This document shows, piece by piece, positions 1 through 11,100 of a stretch of 64,000 nucleotides of DNA. The stretch comes from Octopus vulgaris (Eukaryota): contig OX597832.1 in NCBI GenBank assembly GCA_951406725.2, positions 1 to 64,000 on the forward strand, in the 5' to 3' direction. A model generated the notes under the pieces. It was not told the DNA's origin, searched no databases, and saw only the letters and a program-made list of their open reading frames with translations. The stretch's first letter is position 1. The number at the start of each line of letters is the position of its first letter. Made by a program: the position numbers and the translations under genes.

Positions 1-134
1 ACTGTGCATCATCTTTAAAGAACTTTAATGAACTTTGGAAATCTGTTTATGTTACTTAATTATCTACATTACTTCATGATATATAAATATATATATAGCC
101 TCAACCACTAAGATGTCTAGAGAACTCACATGTA

Positions 135-225
135 TTTTAGCTGATGAGTACGGGACACGTTTATATGCTGCAATTTTTGCAACTTTTAATAAAGCCTGTC
201 TTTGTATGAAACGATTGTACTAAAA
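135..225 (+). ncRNA. Minimal type I hammerhead ribozyme-like motif (Penelope-associated type)
   Basis: Stem I TTTTAG(135-140)/CTAAAA(220-225); core CTGATGA at 141-147; stem II GTACGGGACA/TGTCTTTGTAT; GAAA at 208-211; tiny stem III C-GATT-G; GTA cleavage triplet at 217-219. Confidence 0.7.
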
Positions 226-442
226 ACTTATCCATTCTTGTTGCTTCTTTCTCGCTTATAATCACCCCACATTACTGTATGGTTAAAACCGTATAGTTTT
301 TTGGTGCATCTAAGTTAGGTACCATATTCAAGTAAATTCATTAAAATTGACTTGAATCTTTATTGCTTTTTGTATACATATATATATATATATTTATATA
401 TATACATATATATATATATTTATATATATACATATATATATA

Positions 443-488
<46 letters not shown>

Positions 489-1409
489 GATATATATATA
501 TGTATATATATATCAAAAATAAGGGTGAAAAAATTAGATATTAATTTAATAATACCATCAATTTAACACCAAGTGGCTTAGCACATAAAAATCAGGGATA
601 CAATAAAAATTTATACACAAATATAAGAGAGTGTCCACTATGTGGTATATATATATATATATATATTATTATTATTATTAATATTATTTATAAGAAATTA
701 AAAAAAGGAAAATACGCACACTTACATAGTTTTAATATAATTTTTAACATATCGACCGGTTTCGCTATTGCAAATCCGTTTCCCGCAATACTGACAAATT
801 CCTCTCAGTGACCATATAGAAAAATGTGCAGGTAACATCAAACCAAATTTCACAGTCTTCCCTTTCTTCCAGTGCAAAGACGCAATCTCTTAACTAGAAC
901 GTTTAAATAAAGAAACTTTTTTCATTGAAAAATACAAAACACGTCTTAATATGCACGCATAACCAACTTTTATCTTTTTACATATTTCAATTCATGATTA
1001 CATCACTGTACATAAATCCCCTACTAAACAAGGTTTTTGAAATTTGTCTCTGTCTGTACACATATATAATCACCACCCATTACCGAAAGCTGAACAATTA
1101 TCTCCCCTTACCCACAACAATAGCAATAATAATGACAACCAATTACCTCCCTTTATTTATCTACTTGTGAAGTCATTCACTCGTGAATTTCATCACACAC
1201 AACATGGACCAAATTTCTTCTTAAGAAAAAATATATAAAAATATAAAACATAATATCATGAATAGCGATAGCGAAACTGGTTGATATATTAAAAATTATA
1301 TTAAAACTATGTAAGTGTGTGTATTTTCCTTTTTTAATTTCTTATATACATTACAACTCACCACGTGGGGATAATCGAAATTCCTCTTTTCTGTTACTAC
1401 TACTACTAT

Positions 1410-2410
1410 ATATATGTAAAATCCACAAGAGTCCAATAATTACTAATGCCTGCAAATCAAATCCAGGTCTATACATAAATATCCCAACACCAGAAGACTT
1501 AAAATTAAGGCCTATTATAGCAGGCCCAGCCTGTGAAACACACTGCCCAAGCAACTTTCTGGACATACTATTGAAACCTGTCTTCAGATACACTAAAAGT
1601 TTCATTAGAGACGATCTTGACATGCTAGAGCTTCAACCTAAAATCACCAACGAAGAAGCACTATTAGTCTCCTTTGATGTCATCAACCTCTACACTAACA
1701 TTCCACATGACTACTACAGAATAGAGGCAATAAAATTTTGGTTAGAAAAATACTCCAAAGTTCTCCCAGACCACATAAACCAGACATTTGTCATTGAATC
1801 CCTGAAGTTCATCCTAGATAACAATTACTTTCTATCCGATGCAACATACTACTGCCAAAAATCAGGTATTGTGATGGGAACAAAAGCAGCACCTGTCCTT
1901 GCAAACCTAATAATGGGTTTCTTTGAATCTACCCTATATGAACTTTCGTTCCAAAATTTTGGAGCCCCTTTTCCACCAACATATAATGGAAAACTGGAAA
2001 AGGTATTTAGACAATTGTTTTATCATCTGGAATGAAACCTCTGGATTTCAAAACCACACTGAACAATATGAACTCCAGTATTCAATTCACAATGGAATGC
2101 AGCAATGAACAGCTCCCATTTCTGGACATTTTGATTATAAAAAAATCCAACAACCAAATTGCAACTGACATCTACTACAAACCAACAGACTCAAAACAGT
2201 ATCTCCTTTTCAGTTCATGCCATCCTAAACACACCAGAATAAATATCCCATTCAATCTAGCAAAAAGAATCTATACAAGTGTATCTGACACAACCGCTCA
2301 GGAACTTCACCTACAAGATCTCAAAATAGCATTCATTGAATGTCAATACCCACCCGCACTTATAGACCATGGAATTAAACGTGCCAAGAAATTGGACACA
2401 AACACGCTAG
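1410..2410 (+). mobile_element. Penelope-like element RT fragment (frameshifted, truncated)
   Basis: ORFs 1319-2035, 1923-2108 and 2032-2700 give LRPIIAGP, SFDVINLYTNIPH, GIVMGTKAAPVLANLIMG, WKRYLDNCF, LPFLDILI and TDIYYKPTDSKQYLLFSSCHP, which are PLE RT core and thumb motifs. Confidence 0.9.
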
Positions 2411-2621
2411 AGCAACAAAACAAAACACCACACACACATATATACACACACACACAGCCATACACATACATATACAAATATACATGCACACACATACATA
2501 CATACATGTACACACACATACACACACACACACATACGAACATATATATGTACGCACACATATATACACATACACATGCATACCCACATATAGAACCACA
2601 CATATATGCATACACATACTT

Positions 2622-2661
<40 letters not shown>

Positions 2662-2749
2662 GACCACATATATCAACATATATATATATATAAAATATAA
2701 AAAAATATACAAACTTGTCTGTACATATATATACACGTCCATATGCATA

Positions 2750-4385
2750 TAACCTAGCTAAAACCAAAGTCTTAATAAGTAGGAAGGCAGACAAACCACA
2801 AATTCCTTCAGGTAGATGGTCCTGCTCAATCTGTAGAAAAGGCGTAGGTAGAAACTCTATAAGATGTACCCAGTATAAGCTATGGACACATAAGAGGTGC
2901 AGCAATATCAAAGGAAGGCTAACTGGGAAGATAGTTTTTGTATGTGGCAAATGCTCAGGAGCGATAAACACTGAAAATATGCAGAGAACAACTTCCGCCA
3001 CCTTCCAGGGAGAAAAACTAGAAGTAGTTGATAGCTTCCATTATCTAGGTGACCAAGTCAGTAGCAGGGGAGGGTGTGCTGAAAGTGTAGCTGCTAGAAT
3101 AAGAATAGCCTGGGCAAAGTTCAGAGAGCTCTTACCTCTGCTAGTGACAAAGGGGCTCTCGCTCAGAGTAAAAGGTAGACTGTATGATGCATGTGTACGA
3201 ACAACCATGCTACATGGCAGTGAAACATGAGCCATGACTGCTGAGGACATGCGTAAGCTTGCAAAGAATGAAGTCAGTATGCTCCGATGGATGTGTAATG
3301 TCAGTGTGCCTACTCGAGAGTGTAAGTACCTTGAGAGAAAAGTTGGACCTAAGAAGCATCAGATATCATGTGCAAGAGAGACGACTGTGCTGGTATGGTC
3401 ATGTGGTGAGAATGGATGAGGATAGCTGTGTGAAAAAGTGCCACACCCTAGTGCTTCACCACTTCATCCCAGGAAGACCTGGGATGAAGTGGTGAAGCAT
3501 GACCTTCGAACATTAGACCTCACCGAGGCAATGGCTAGTAACCGAGACCTTTGGAAATATGCAGTGCTTGAGAAGACCCGGCAAGCCAAATGAGACCATA
3601 ACCTGTGGCCTATGTCAGGGGTGTAACCAGCCCAATTATGCAAACCTTTTCTTCATTGGTCTGCTTGCGAAGACCTGTTGAGGCAAGTGAAATCGAAATC
3701 AAACCAAATTCGCAAATTTGGTGACTGGCATTCGTGCCAGTGGTGCACTAAGAGCACCATCTGGGCATGATCGCTGCCAGAGCAGCTGACTGGCAGTGGA
3801 ACGTAAAAAGCACCATTCAAACGTGATCATTACTAGTGTCACCTTACTGGCACTTGTACCAGTGGCATGTGAAAAACATTCAAGCGAGGTCATTGCCAGT
3901 GCCGCTGGGCTATCTCCTGTTGCCAGTACCTATTTCTTTATTACCCACAAGGGGCTAAACACAGAGGGGACAAACAAGGACAAACATAGGTATTAAGTCG
4001 ATTACATCGAGCCCAGTGTGTAACTGGTACTTAATTTATCGACCCCGTAAGGATGAAAGGCAAAGTCGGCCTCGGCGGAATTTGAACTCACAACGTAACG
4101 ACAGATGAAATACGGCTACGCATTTTGCCCGGCGTGCTAACGTTTCTGCCAGCTTGCCGCCTTTGTTGCCAGTACCACCTGACTGGCCCTCGTGCTGGTG
4201 GCACGTAAAAGCACTCACTACATTCTTGGAGTGGTTGGCATTAGGAAGGGTATCCAGCTGTAGAAACTCTGCCAGATCAGATTGGAGCCTGGTGTAGCCA
4301 TCTGGTTTGCCAGTCCTCAGTCAAATCGTCCAACCCATGCTAGCATTGGAAAGAGGACGTTAAACAATGACGATGATGATGATGA
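2750..4385 (+). mobile_element. 5'-truncated RTE-clade LINE (RT C-terminus with PHD-like Cys/His cluster, 3' UTR, (GAT)n tail), interrupted by a SINE
   Basis: NLAKTKV...YLGDQVSSRGGCAESVAARIRIAWAKFRELLPLL...KGRLYDACVRTTMLHGSET, MLRWMC, RLCWYGHVVRM; ends in GATGAT repeats at ~4368-4385. Homologous pieces recur at 38.6-39.5 kb and 45.8-48.2 kb. Confidence 0.85.
3931..4163 (-). mobile_element. Complete tRNA-derived SINE with 13-bp TSD; 3' tail matches the Tx1-like LINE 3' end
   Basis: TSD TGTTGCCAGTACC at 3918-3930 and 4164-4176. On the minus strand: head GGCGGCAAGCTGGCAGAAACGTTAGCA, B-box-like GAGTTCAAATTCC, tail TTGTCCCCTCTGTGTTTAGCCCCTTGTGGGTAATAAAGAAATA. Confidence 0.9.
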
Positions 4386-4489
4386 CAAGATACCCCACCA
4401 GTATCTTGGTCAACAATGGCCACCAGTTATGATATCTTGAGAACCTGCTCTCTGAGTATCAAGACCAGGATCTGTATTTTGAACTGCTA

Positions 4490-4900
4490 TTTCTACCCTG
4501 TGTTAATGAATGGAAGTGAGGTATGGTCTATATAAAATCAGAAATGAGAAGGTAATTAGAGAGGTGTGAACTGTGGTTCTTAAGGAGAATATTAAGGATA
4601 GCATGGACAAAGTATCTAATGAATAATGATGATCCAGGCTGCTTCGTGAGATATTGGTCGAACAACAGATTTCTTGGTCATGTGATCAGGAAAGAAGGTC
4701 TAGAGAATTTAGGAATGGCCGGGACCGGAAAGATTGAAGGGAAAAAACGCATAAGGATGTCAAGCTTGATGAACTGGTTAGAAGAAAGAGGCATTAAACA
4801 CAAGAAAGTGGAACTGTTACAGAAAAGAAAAAAGAGAGAATTGTGGCGGGATAGGGATCGCCTATGTCCTGCATTCTGGACATGGCACTTAAAAAGGAAC
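4490..4900 (+). mobile_element. Degenerate non-LTR (RTE-like) RT C-terminal relic
   Basis: Translated pieces LWFLRRILRIAWT, RFLGHVIRKEGLE and GKIEGKK resemble the RTE/BovB-type C-terminus. Confidence 0.6.
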
Positions 4901-5679
4901 GGAAAGATATATAAAAAAAAAAGACAAAAACAAAGACGGATTTATTTTCCAACGCGATAGGAAAATATTTTCACCGGTATTCAATTACCTCCCTTGTATC
5001 ATGCTCTTTTTTTTCTCGGCATTAAAGAATAGAATTTGTCAATTTTAAGTGTTTTCTCGTGAGTACATTTCCCAACAATTAAGATTTGGATAATCTCTTT
5101 TTCAAGATAAAAATTTAGTTTCCATATTTTATTTCTTATTCAACCCAATGTTTTTAATATACTGATGTTTCCAGGCTAATGTTATCATCTTATAGTCACA
5201 ACGTTGCGGCTGTTGTTCTCTCCGTCCTTCGAATTTCCTATTTGGTAACGCTCTCGGAATTTCAAACCGAGCCCATTATTCAATATACGGAGATAAATTC
5301 ACGAATATTATCCTGTTTGTTTCGCTTGTACCCTGAGTATTTCACGCTTATGTCCTTGTAAGGAGGATACAACGACGGAAAAGTAACTTTGATGACCTTG
5401 ATTAGGATACTAGATCAATATCAGTTACAGTGGTGGCTCATCTCAGTTATTCAAACTATACTCATTGCTGCATCACAACTTTACTGTATACAACATACTT
5501 TACTCTGTCGAAATAATGTTTTAATTGAGAATATAGAGCATGGAGGAACTTATAACGAATACATCACGGAAGGGTCAATAATCACTAGTTACTGTAGGTC
5601 AAAGTTTCAACATTATTCTTTGACTACCACAACAAATGTTCCAGTGTTAATTTTGGTAAATTTTGATATTAACACCTGC

Positions 5680-5728
<49 letters not shown>

Positions 5729-6299
5729 TAGTTTTCCGTAATTTTTTTCGCTTAGTGAAAATTGTGCAGGTGTTAATATCAAAATATATATATATATGGG
5801 TTATGAGAGGTAATGATGTCAGTGAGATCCAAAGGTGTCCGGTAATGCTGAATAAGTGCTACGGAAAAACCATAGTTAAGTTCCAGGCTCGATGATTATG
5901 CGAATATGGAGTCCAACTTAAGTCATATATCAGTGTGTATATAAAAAATTTGTTTTCCGTAATGAGATAACAAACCAAGGTTGTAGATTTTAGAACATAA
6001 ATATTTCTAAAATCCCCTCTCCCCTTATAAATGTTATAAAATCTACACAGCCTTGGTTTGTTATCTCATTACGGAAAAAAATTTATATATATATATAATT
6101 CCAAGAGAGAGGTTGTGAATCCAACCAACTAAGGGATTATTTCTATCCAATATACTGCTGGTAGGATACCCAATTATTAATACACAAGTGTTTTTACATT
6201 GCATGGCAATTACACTACTGAATGGGTGAAGGTAAGAAGTTGTTTTACCCTTAATTTATATGGCAATAAGAAAACTTTTAGACATATTATGTCTATTTG

Positions 6300-6590
6300 T
6301 GGAGGTGCAATGACCCAGTGGTTAGGGCAGTGGACTTGCAGTCGTAGGATCGCGGTTTCAATTCCCAGACTGGGCATTGTGTTTGTTCAGCGAAAGCATC
6401 TAAAGTTCCACGAGGCTCCAACAGTGCTGTACTCTTTCCTACAACTTTCTTCCTGTTTCTGTTGTACCTGTATTTCAAAGGGCCAGCTTTGCCACACTCT
6501 GTGTCACACTGAATCTCCCCGAGAACTATGTTAAGGGTACATGTGTCTGTGGAGTGCTCAGCCACTTGCACATTAATAAATGAGCTGCGA
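6300..6590 (+). mobile_element. tRNA-derived SINE (same head family as 7317-7547)
   Basis: Head GGAGGTGCAATGACCCAGTGGTTAGGGCAGTGGAC...GGTTTCAATTCC with A/B-box-like motifs; homologous to the copy at 7317. Confidence 0.75.
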
Positions 6591-6610
6591 TGGAAAGGTA
6601 TATAAATGAG

Positions 6611-6654
<44 letters not shown>

Positions 6655-7316
6655 GTACAAATATACCCATAGGTACATACATATTTCATGCGTTGAGAAG
6701 GGAGGATTACTGTAGTAGTTCGTATTTTTCCTTTTTATTTTTAGTAACAGAAAATAATAAAGTATCTTGATTAACATCCGGAAATTTATTACTTTTAGTA
6801 CCAACTAATATCACTTATTGTGGACCTTTATCCTAAACCCTTAATAGAAAACATATCGTATGTTTATATATATGTGTGTATAATTATTATAATTATATAA
6901 AAAGGGAAAATACAAACTACTATAATAGTAATCCTCCCTTCTCAATGCATGAAATATGTATGTACCTATAGGTATGTTTGTACGTAAATATATATGTGTG
7001 TATGTGTATATATATATATAGTGTAATAAATAAAATATATGCATACATACAAACATATATGTACGTACCTACATCTACATGTATATATACATGCATATAT
7101 AAATATATATACACGTGAGTACAGGACACCACAACGAGAAACGAAAACGGAAAAACCATTTTTTTGCAACAGAAAAAACAGAGTACAGGACATACTACAC
7201 AAGGAAAAATCCCCTATCATCAGCTGTCACTAGTTCGGCTCCAGCGTGTTTCGAAGGCATTCGTTCGCTTCGTTCCTTTTTTTATTCTCCCAGTACTGTT
7301 TTATATATATATATGT

Positions 7317-7547
7317 AGAGGCGCAATGGCCTAGTGGTTAGGGCAGCGGACTCGCGGTCGCAGGATCGCGGTTTCGATTCTCAGACCGGGCGTTGTGTGT
7401 GTTTATTGAGCGAAAACACCTAAAAGCTCTACGAGGCTCCGGCAGGGGGTGGTGATCCCTGCTGTACTCTTTCACCACAATGGCGGTGCCCCAGCATGGC
7501 CACAGCTCAAGAGCTGAAACTGGAAAAACAAAAAACAAAAAAAAAAA
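7317..7547 (+). mobile_element. tRNA-derived SINE in (TA)n, present only in the left arm
   Basis: GAGGCGCAATGGCCTAGTGGTTAGGGCAGCGG...GGTTTCGATTCTC head and A-rich tail; the equivalent right-arm site (13411-13440) is plain (TA)n. Confidence 0.85.
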
Positions 7548-7810
7548 TATATATATATATGTATTCCTCATATACCTTTTCATTACAATAATCCTAAGAT
7601 AGATTGATTATTTAAATTCCACTATTATTTCTCTTTTGATAATTTTCTCTTTCTTCTGTTTATATTTTATCTAATAAGAATAATATAATACACCTAATAA
7701 TAATAATAATTGATTCCTTCCTATGCATATACATATACATATAAATGTATAGATATGTATTTATGTCTATTTATGTATATGTATGTATTTATAACTTAGC
7801 CTTATGAAAC

Positions 7811-7943
7811 TTTCTAAACTTGCTGACAAAGCTCAGAGGCACACCCAAGTACCTTAATCTTATCTACCAAATACTTCAGTTCATTGAAGGGATGGAAGTA
7901 AAGTAGGGTGTTATGACCTCTTGGCTGAAACAGCTGTAAGAAA
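7811..7943 (+). ncRNA. Degenerate hammerhead-like motif (mirrored on - strand at ~13032-13163)
   Basis: CTGACAA (variant of CTGANGA), stem AGCTCAGAGG/CCTCTTGGCT, then GAAA-CAGCTG-TA with a palindromic stem III loop; stem I pairing is imperfect. Confidence 0.45.
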
Positions 7944-8176
7944 CTATTCTACTTTCTATATTCTATGTTATATATTTTAATAATTACTGGCATTTTTATA
8001 TTTTGTATATTATATATGTAAAGCATCATATGTTATACATGTATGTATATTGTTATAATTGTTTTTTTAAAAAATAAATAAATAGACATAATGTCTAAAA
8101 GTTGAATACCACTGCTTGATCCCCTCCATTTTCTTATTGCTATATATATGTATGTATATATATATATATATATATA

Positions 8177-11100
8177 TTAGAAGAAATGAGGTACTCAAAA
8201 ATTCGGACGGTTTTATATTTACAGATATTTATTTGTATATTACATATTTTTATACATCATATAACTTAGATCATATATTAGCACTTTCTCCCATTCTAGT
8301 GGGGTTTTCAAATCGAACTAAGTTCCTGTGTAAAAAGTTTTGACCATTTTATAGTGTTATTGAGTTTGTAGTGGTGGGGAGGAATATAAGACAGTACAAG
8401 AGGGTGATGGATGAGGAGAAAGTGAGAGAGAGAGAGAGTATGTGTGTGTGTGTGTGTGTTTTTGTATTTGGAAAGAGTGTTAAAGAAAAAAATTTTTGTT
8501 CTGCTGGACAGGATGTTTACTCCAAGTGGGGTCCAAGATCTTGGGGAAAAAAGATTTTTTGACCATTTCATAGTGTTATTGAGTGTGTAGTGGCAGGCAG
8601 GGACATAAGAAGGTAGACCATAAATTATATTTCCTTTTTATCATTGTGAGAGAGTGTTTATGTGTGTGTGTTTAATGAGGGATGGTCAAATGGTTTTGGG
8701 GTTTTAGAGAAGAAGAATTCTTTTTATTATTGTTTTGTGTAGGTGTGTATGTGTGTGGGTGTCTGTGAGGTTGGAGAAGGGAAGAAAGGAGAAGAAGAAG
8801 AAATAATTGTGTTGATATGTATACCACTATATATATATATATACTAAATGCTATACTATGTTAAATTGCAAATTGAAAGATTTGTCCTTCAATGTATGAT
8901 GAGCAAAATTTCATAAGGTCCATACTTGAAAAAGAGACTTTCTTGTGTTGAAGTTACAGATGACAGAATACAAACTGACAACTACTGAGTCTGTTGTCTG
9001 ATCTTCAATTGATTTAGTCTAATATCTCACTGATTGACAGCTAAATAAATATTAAGTTTTATCATACAGGAGCAACTGGTTCCACAAATTAAAGTGAAAT
9101 GGTTTCATTCAAATATTAGAATATCCTTTGTTCAATATTGTATTTTCAAAAATCAAAACATATGTGTAGAACTGTGTGTGTGTGTTTAATACAGTTTACT
9201 TAACAAATTTGGTCCTTCATCTGGTACAGCTTATAGAGATATTTTCAGCCATTCAATTTGGGGGAGAACTTAGTTATGAAATATTTTTCCATATTCCTCC
9301 TGAAGGAGGTATCGTTCTTTGGACATTTGTAGAAGGGAAAGATCTTAAATTTTCCTTCTCCACATGTATCTAGGTGTTTACTCAGTGGTATCTTGCGCAG
9401 TTCTTCCTGTCGGACATGTTGTCGGTGAATTCTGGCTCGTTGGCACAAAGAATTTCCAGTTTCACCTATGTAATCCTCCTTGCACGTGGGGCAGGTTATG
9501 CAGTATATAACGTTCTGCCTCTTGCAGTTCATATCTACATTTATTTTGAATATGTGCCCACTTTTAAATTTCATTTCTTTGTCTCCCTCTATGTATTTGT
9601 AGGTGGGGTTGCTGCAGATCCCACATCTACCATCTCTGCACTCTTTTACAAAGAATTCAGTTTTAGTTTCTGATGAGAATTTCTCTCTTGTTAGATGTTT
9701 CTTTCGGTTTTTGTCTTGTTTGTTGTCTACTGTTTTTTATGCAATATTTGTTTAGTATGTTTTCCATTTTAGGGCTTTGTAAGACTGTTGGCAGGTTTGA
9801 ATGTATGATTTGGAACATGTTGGTAACTCCAGGGTTGTGCGTGTTTATGAAAGGGATAATGTTTTCTTTGTTTTTTGTTTTGGGTGTCCTGAGTTGTGCG
9901 GTGTCTAGTTTCATTTTCTATTAGTTTAAGGGGGTTATTTTGCTCTAGTAGGAAGTTTTTAAGTTCATCTAGTCTTATTAGTCGTGTTTGTGAGTCAGTT
10001 ACTATGCTGCATGTGCATATTGCCATACTATATGGGATGGGTGGCAGGAGTGGAAATTTAAATATTGGTGTGTGTCGGTTTTTTTGTAGTGGATGTCTGT
10101 TGTGATGATGGAGTTGTGTATTTTGATGTTGATGTCTAGGAAGGGAAGTTCGTTGTGGATGGTATCTATTGTGAAGTTGATAGATGGGTGCAGTATGTCG
10201 AGGATGTCGTGGAATGTTCGTTGGTCTTCTGATCTGTTCCAAAAGATGAAGCAGTCATCGAGGTAGCGTTTCCACTTTTTCTTGATGTCTTCTCTGAAGT
10301 CGTGTTCGAAGACTTTCCCTATTTCATCGTATAGTTTGTTCTCCAGGAAACCCATCACCAGGTTGGCATATGAAGGTGCGAATTTTGTACCCATAGCCGT
10401 GCTCTTTATCTGTCGGTATGTCTTGTTGAATGAGAATGTATTTTCTTCGAGTATTAATTGGGTGGCTTGGGTGATAAAGTCTGTCTTGAAACGTTCGTCT
10501 ATGAGTTCACTGTATTTTTCTACCGATTGTTTTATTGCTTCCAGACCTAGGGTGTGTGGTATGTTCATGTATAGGTTTGTGACATCGAAGCTTGCAAGTA
10601 TGGTGTTTTTCGGAACTGTATTTGGAATGTGTGTGAGGAAGTCTATGTCATCCCTTATGTAGCTTGGTATCTGTGGGCATAAATGTTTGAGGAGTACATC
10701 TATGAAGTGGCTTAGTTGTTGTGCTGGTGCCTAGGGTCCTGCCACTATTGGTCTCATTGTGAGGTCTGCAGACCTTTGTATTCTTATATAGTGGTTCCTC
10801 TGTTCTTTTATGGCTCTCTGTATTTCAGAGCTTTTATGAATTTTAGGTAATCCATAAAAGTTGCTATCTTTGGTTCTTGAGTTGCATAGATAGTCTTTCT
10901 CCTTATCTGTAAAGGAGTCCTGGTATTCATTGACTAAAGTTCTAATTTTTTTATTGTTGCTTTCTCCGGTGGTGTTGGTTCCTCTTTATAGTATGTCTGG
11001 TTGTTCAGCAACTCCAGTATCTTTTCTTTGTAGTAATCTGTATCCATAATAACTATTGTTCCACCTTTGTCAGCTTCTTTTATAATAATCAACTTGTCAT

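Larger units (their letters stand above)
7177..9210. repeat. Left arm of ~1.8 kb near-perfect inverted duplication (partner 11770-13564)
   Basis: Reverse complement of 11770-13564 apart from a few substitutions, microsatellite length changes and an extra SINE. Mirrored ORFs 8116-8343(+)/12633-12860(-) and 8308-8571(-)/12409-12627(+). Confidence 0.95.

Noticed and set aside
363-2748. Y/I/H/T/C/V/M-rich ORFs (e.g. 363-566, 2343-2748; also 6841-7233, 17877-18128)
   Set aside because: Translations of (TA)n/(CA)n microsatellites; no protein signal.
5180-5390. Possible 5' UTR exon/promoter of GNB1L (CpG-richer unique sequence ending AA|GTAACT)
   Set aside because: Weak donor and no independent support without transcript data.
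6300-7400. tRNA genes at SINE heads (6300, 7317, 37470-37519)
   Set aside because: A/B-box-like motifs are present, but no complete cloverleaf or acceptor stem; the heads continue into SINE bodies.
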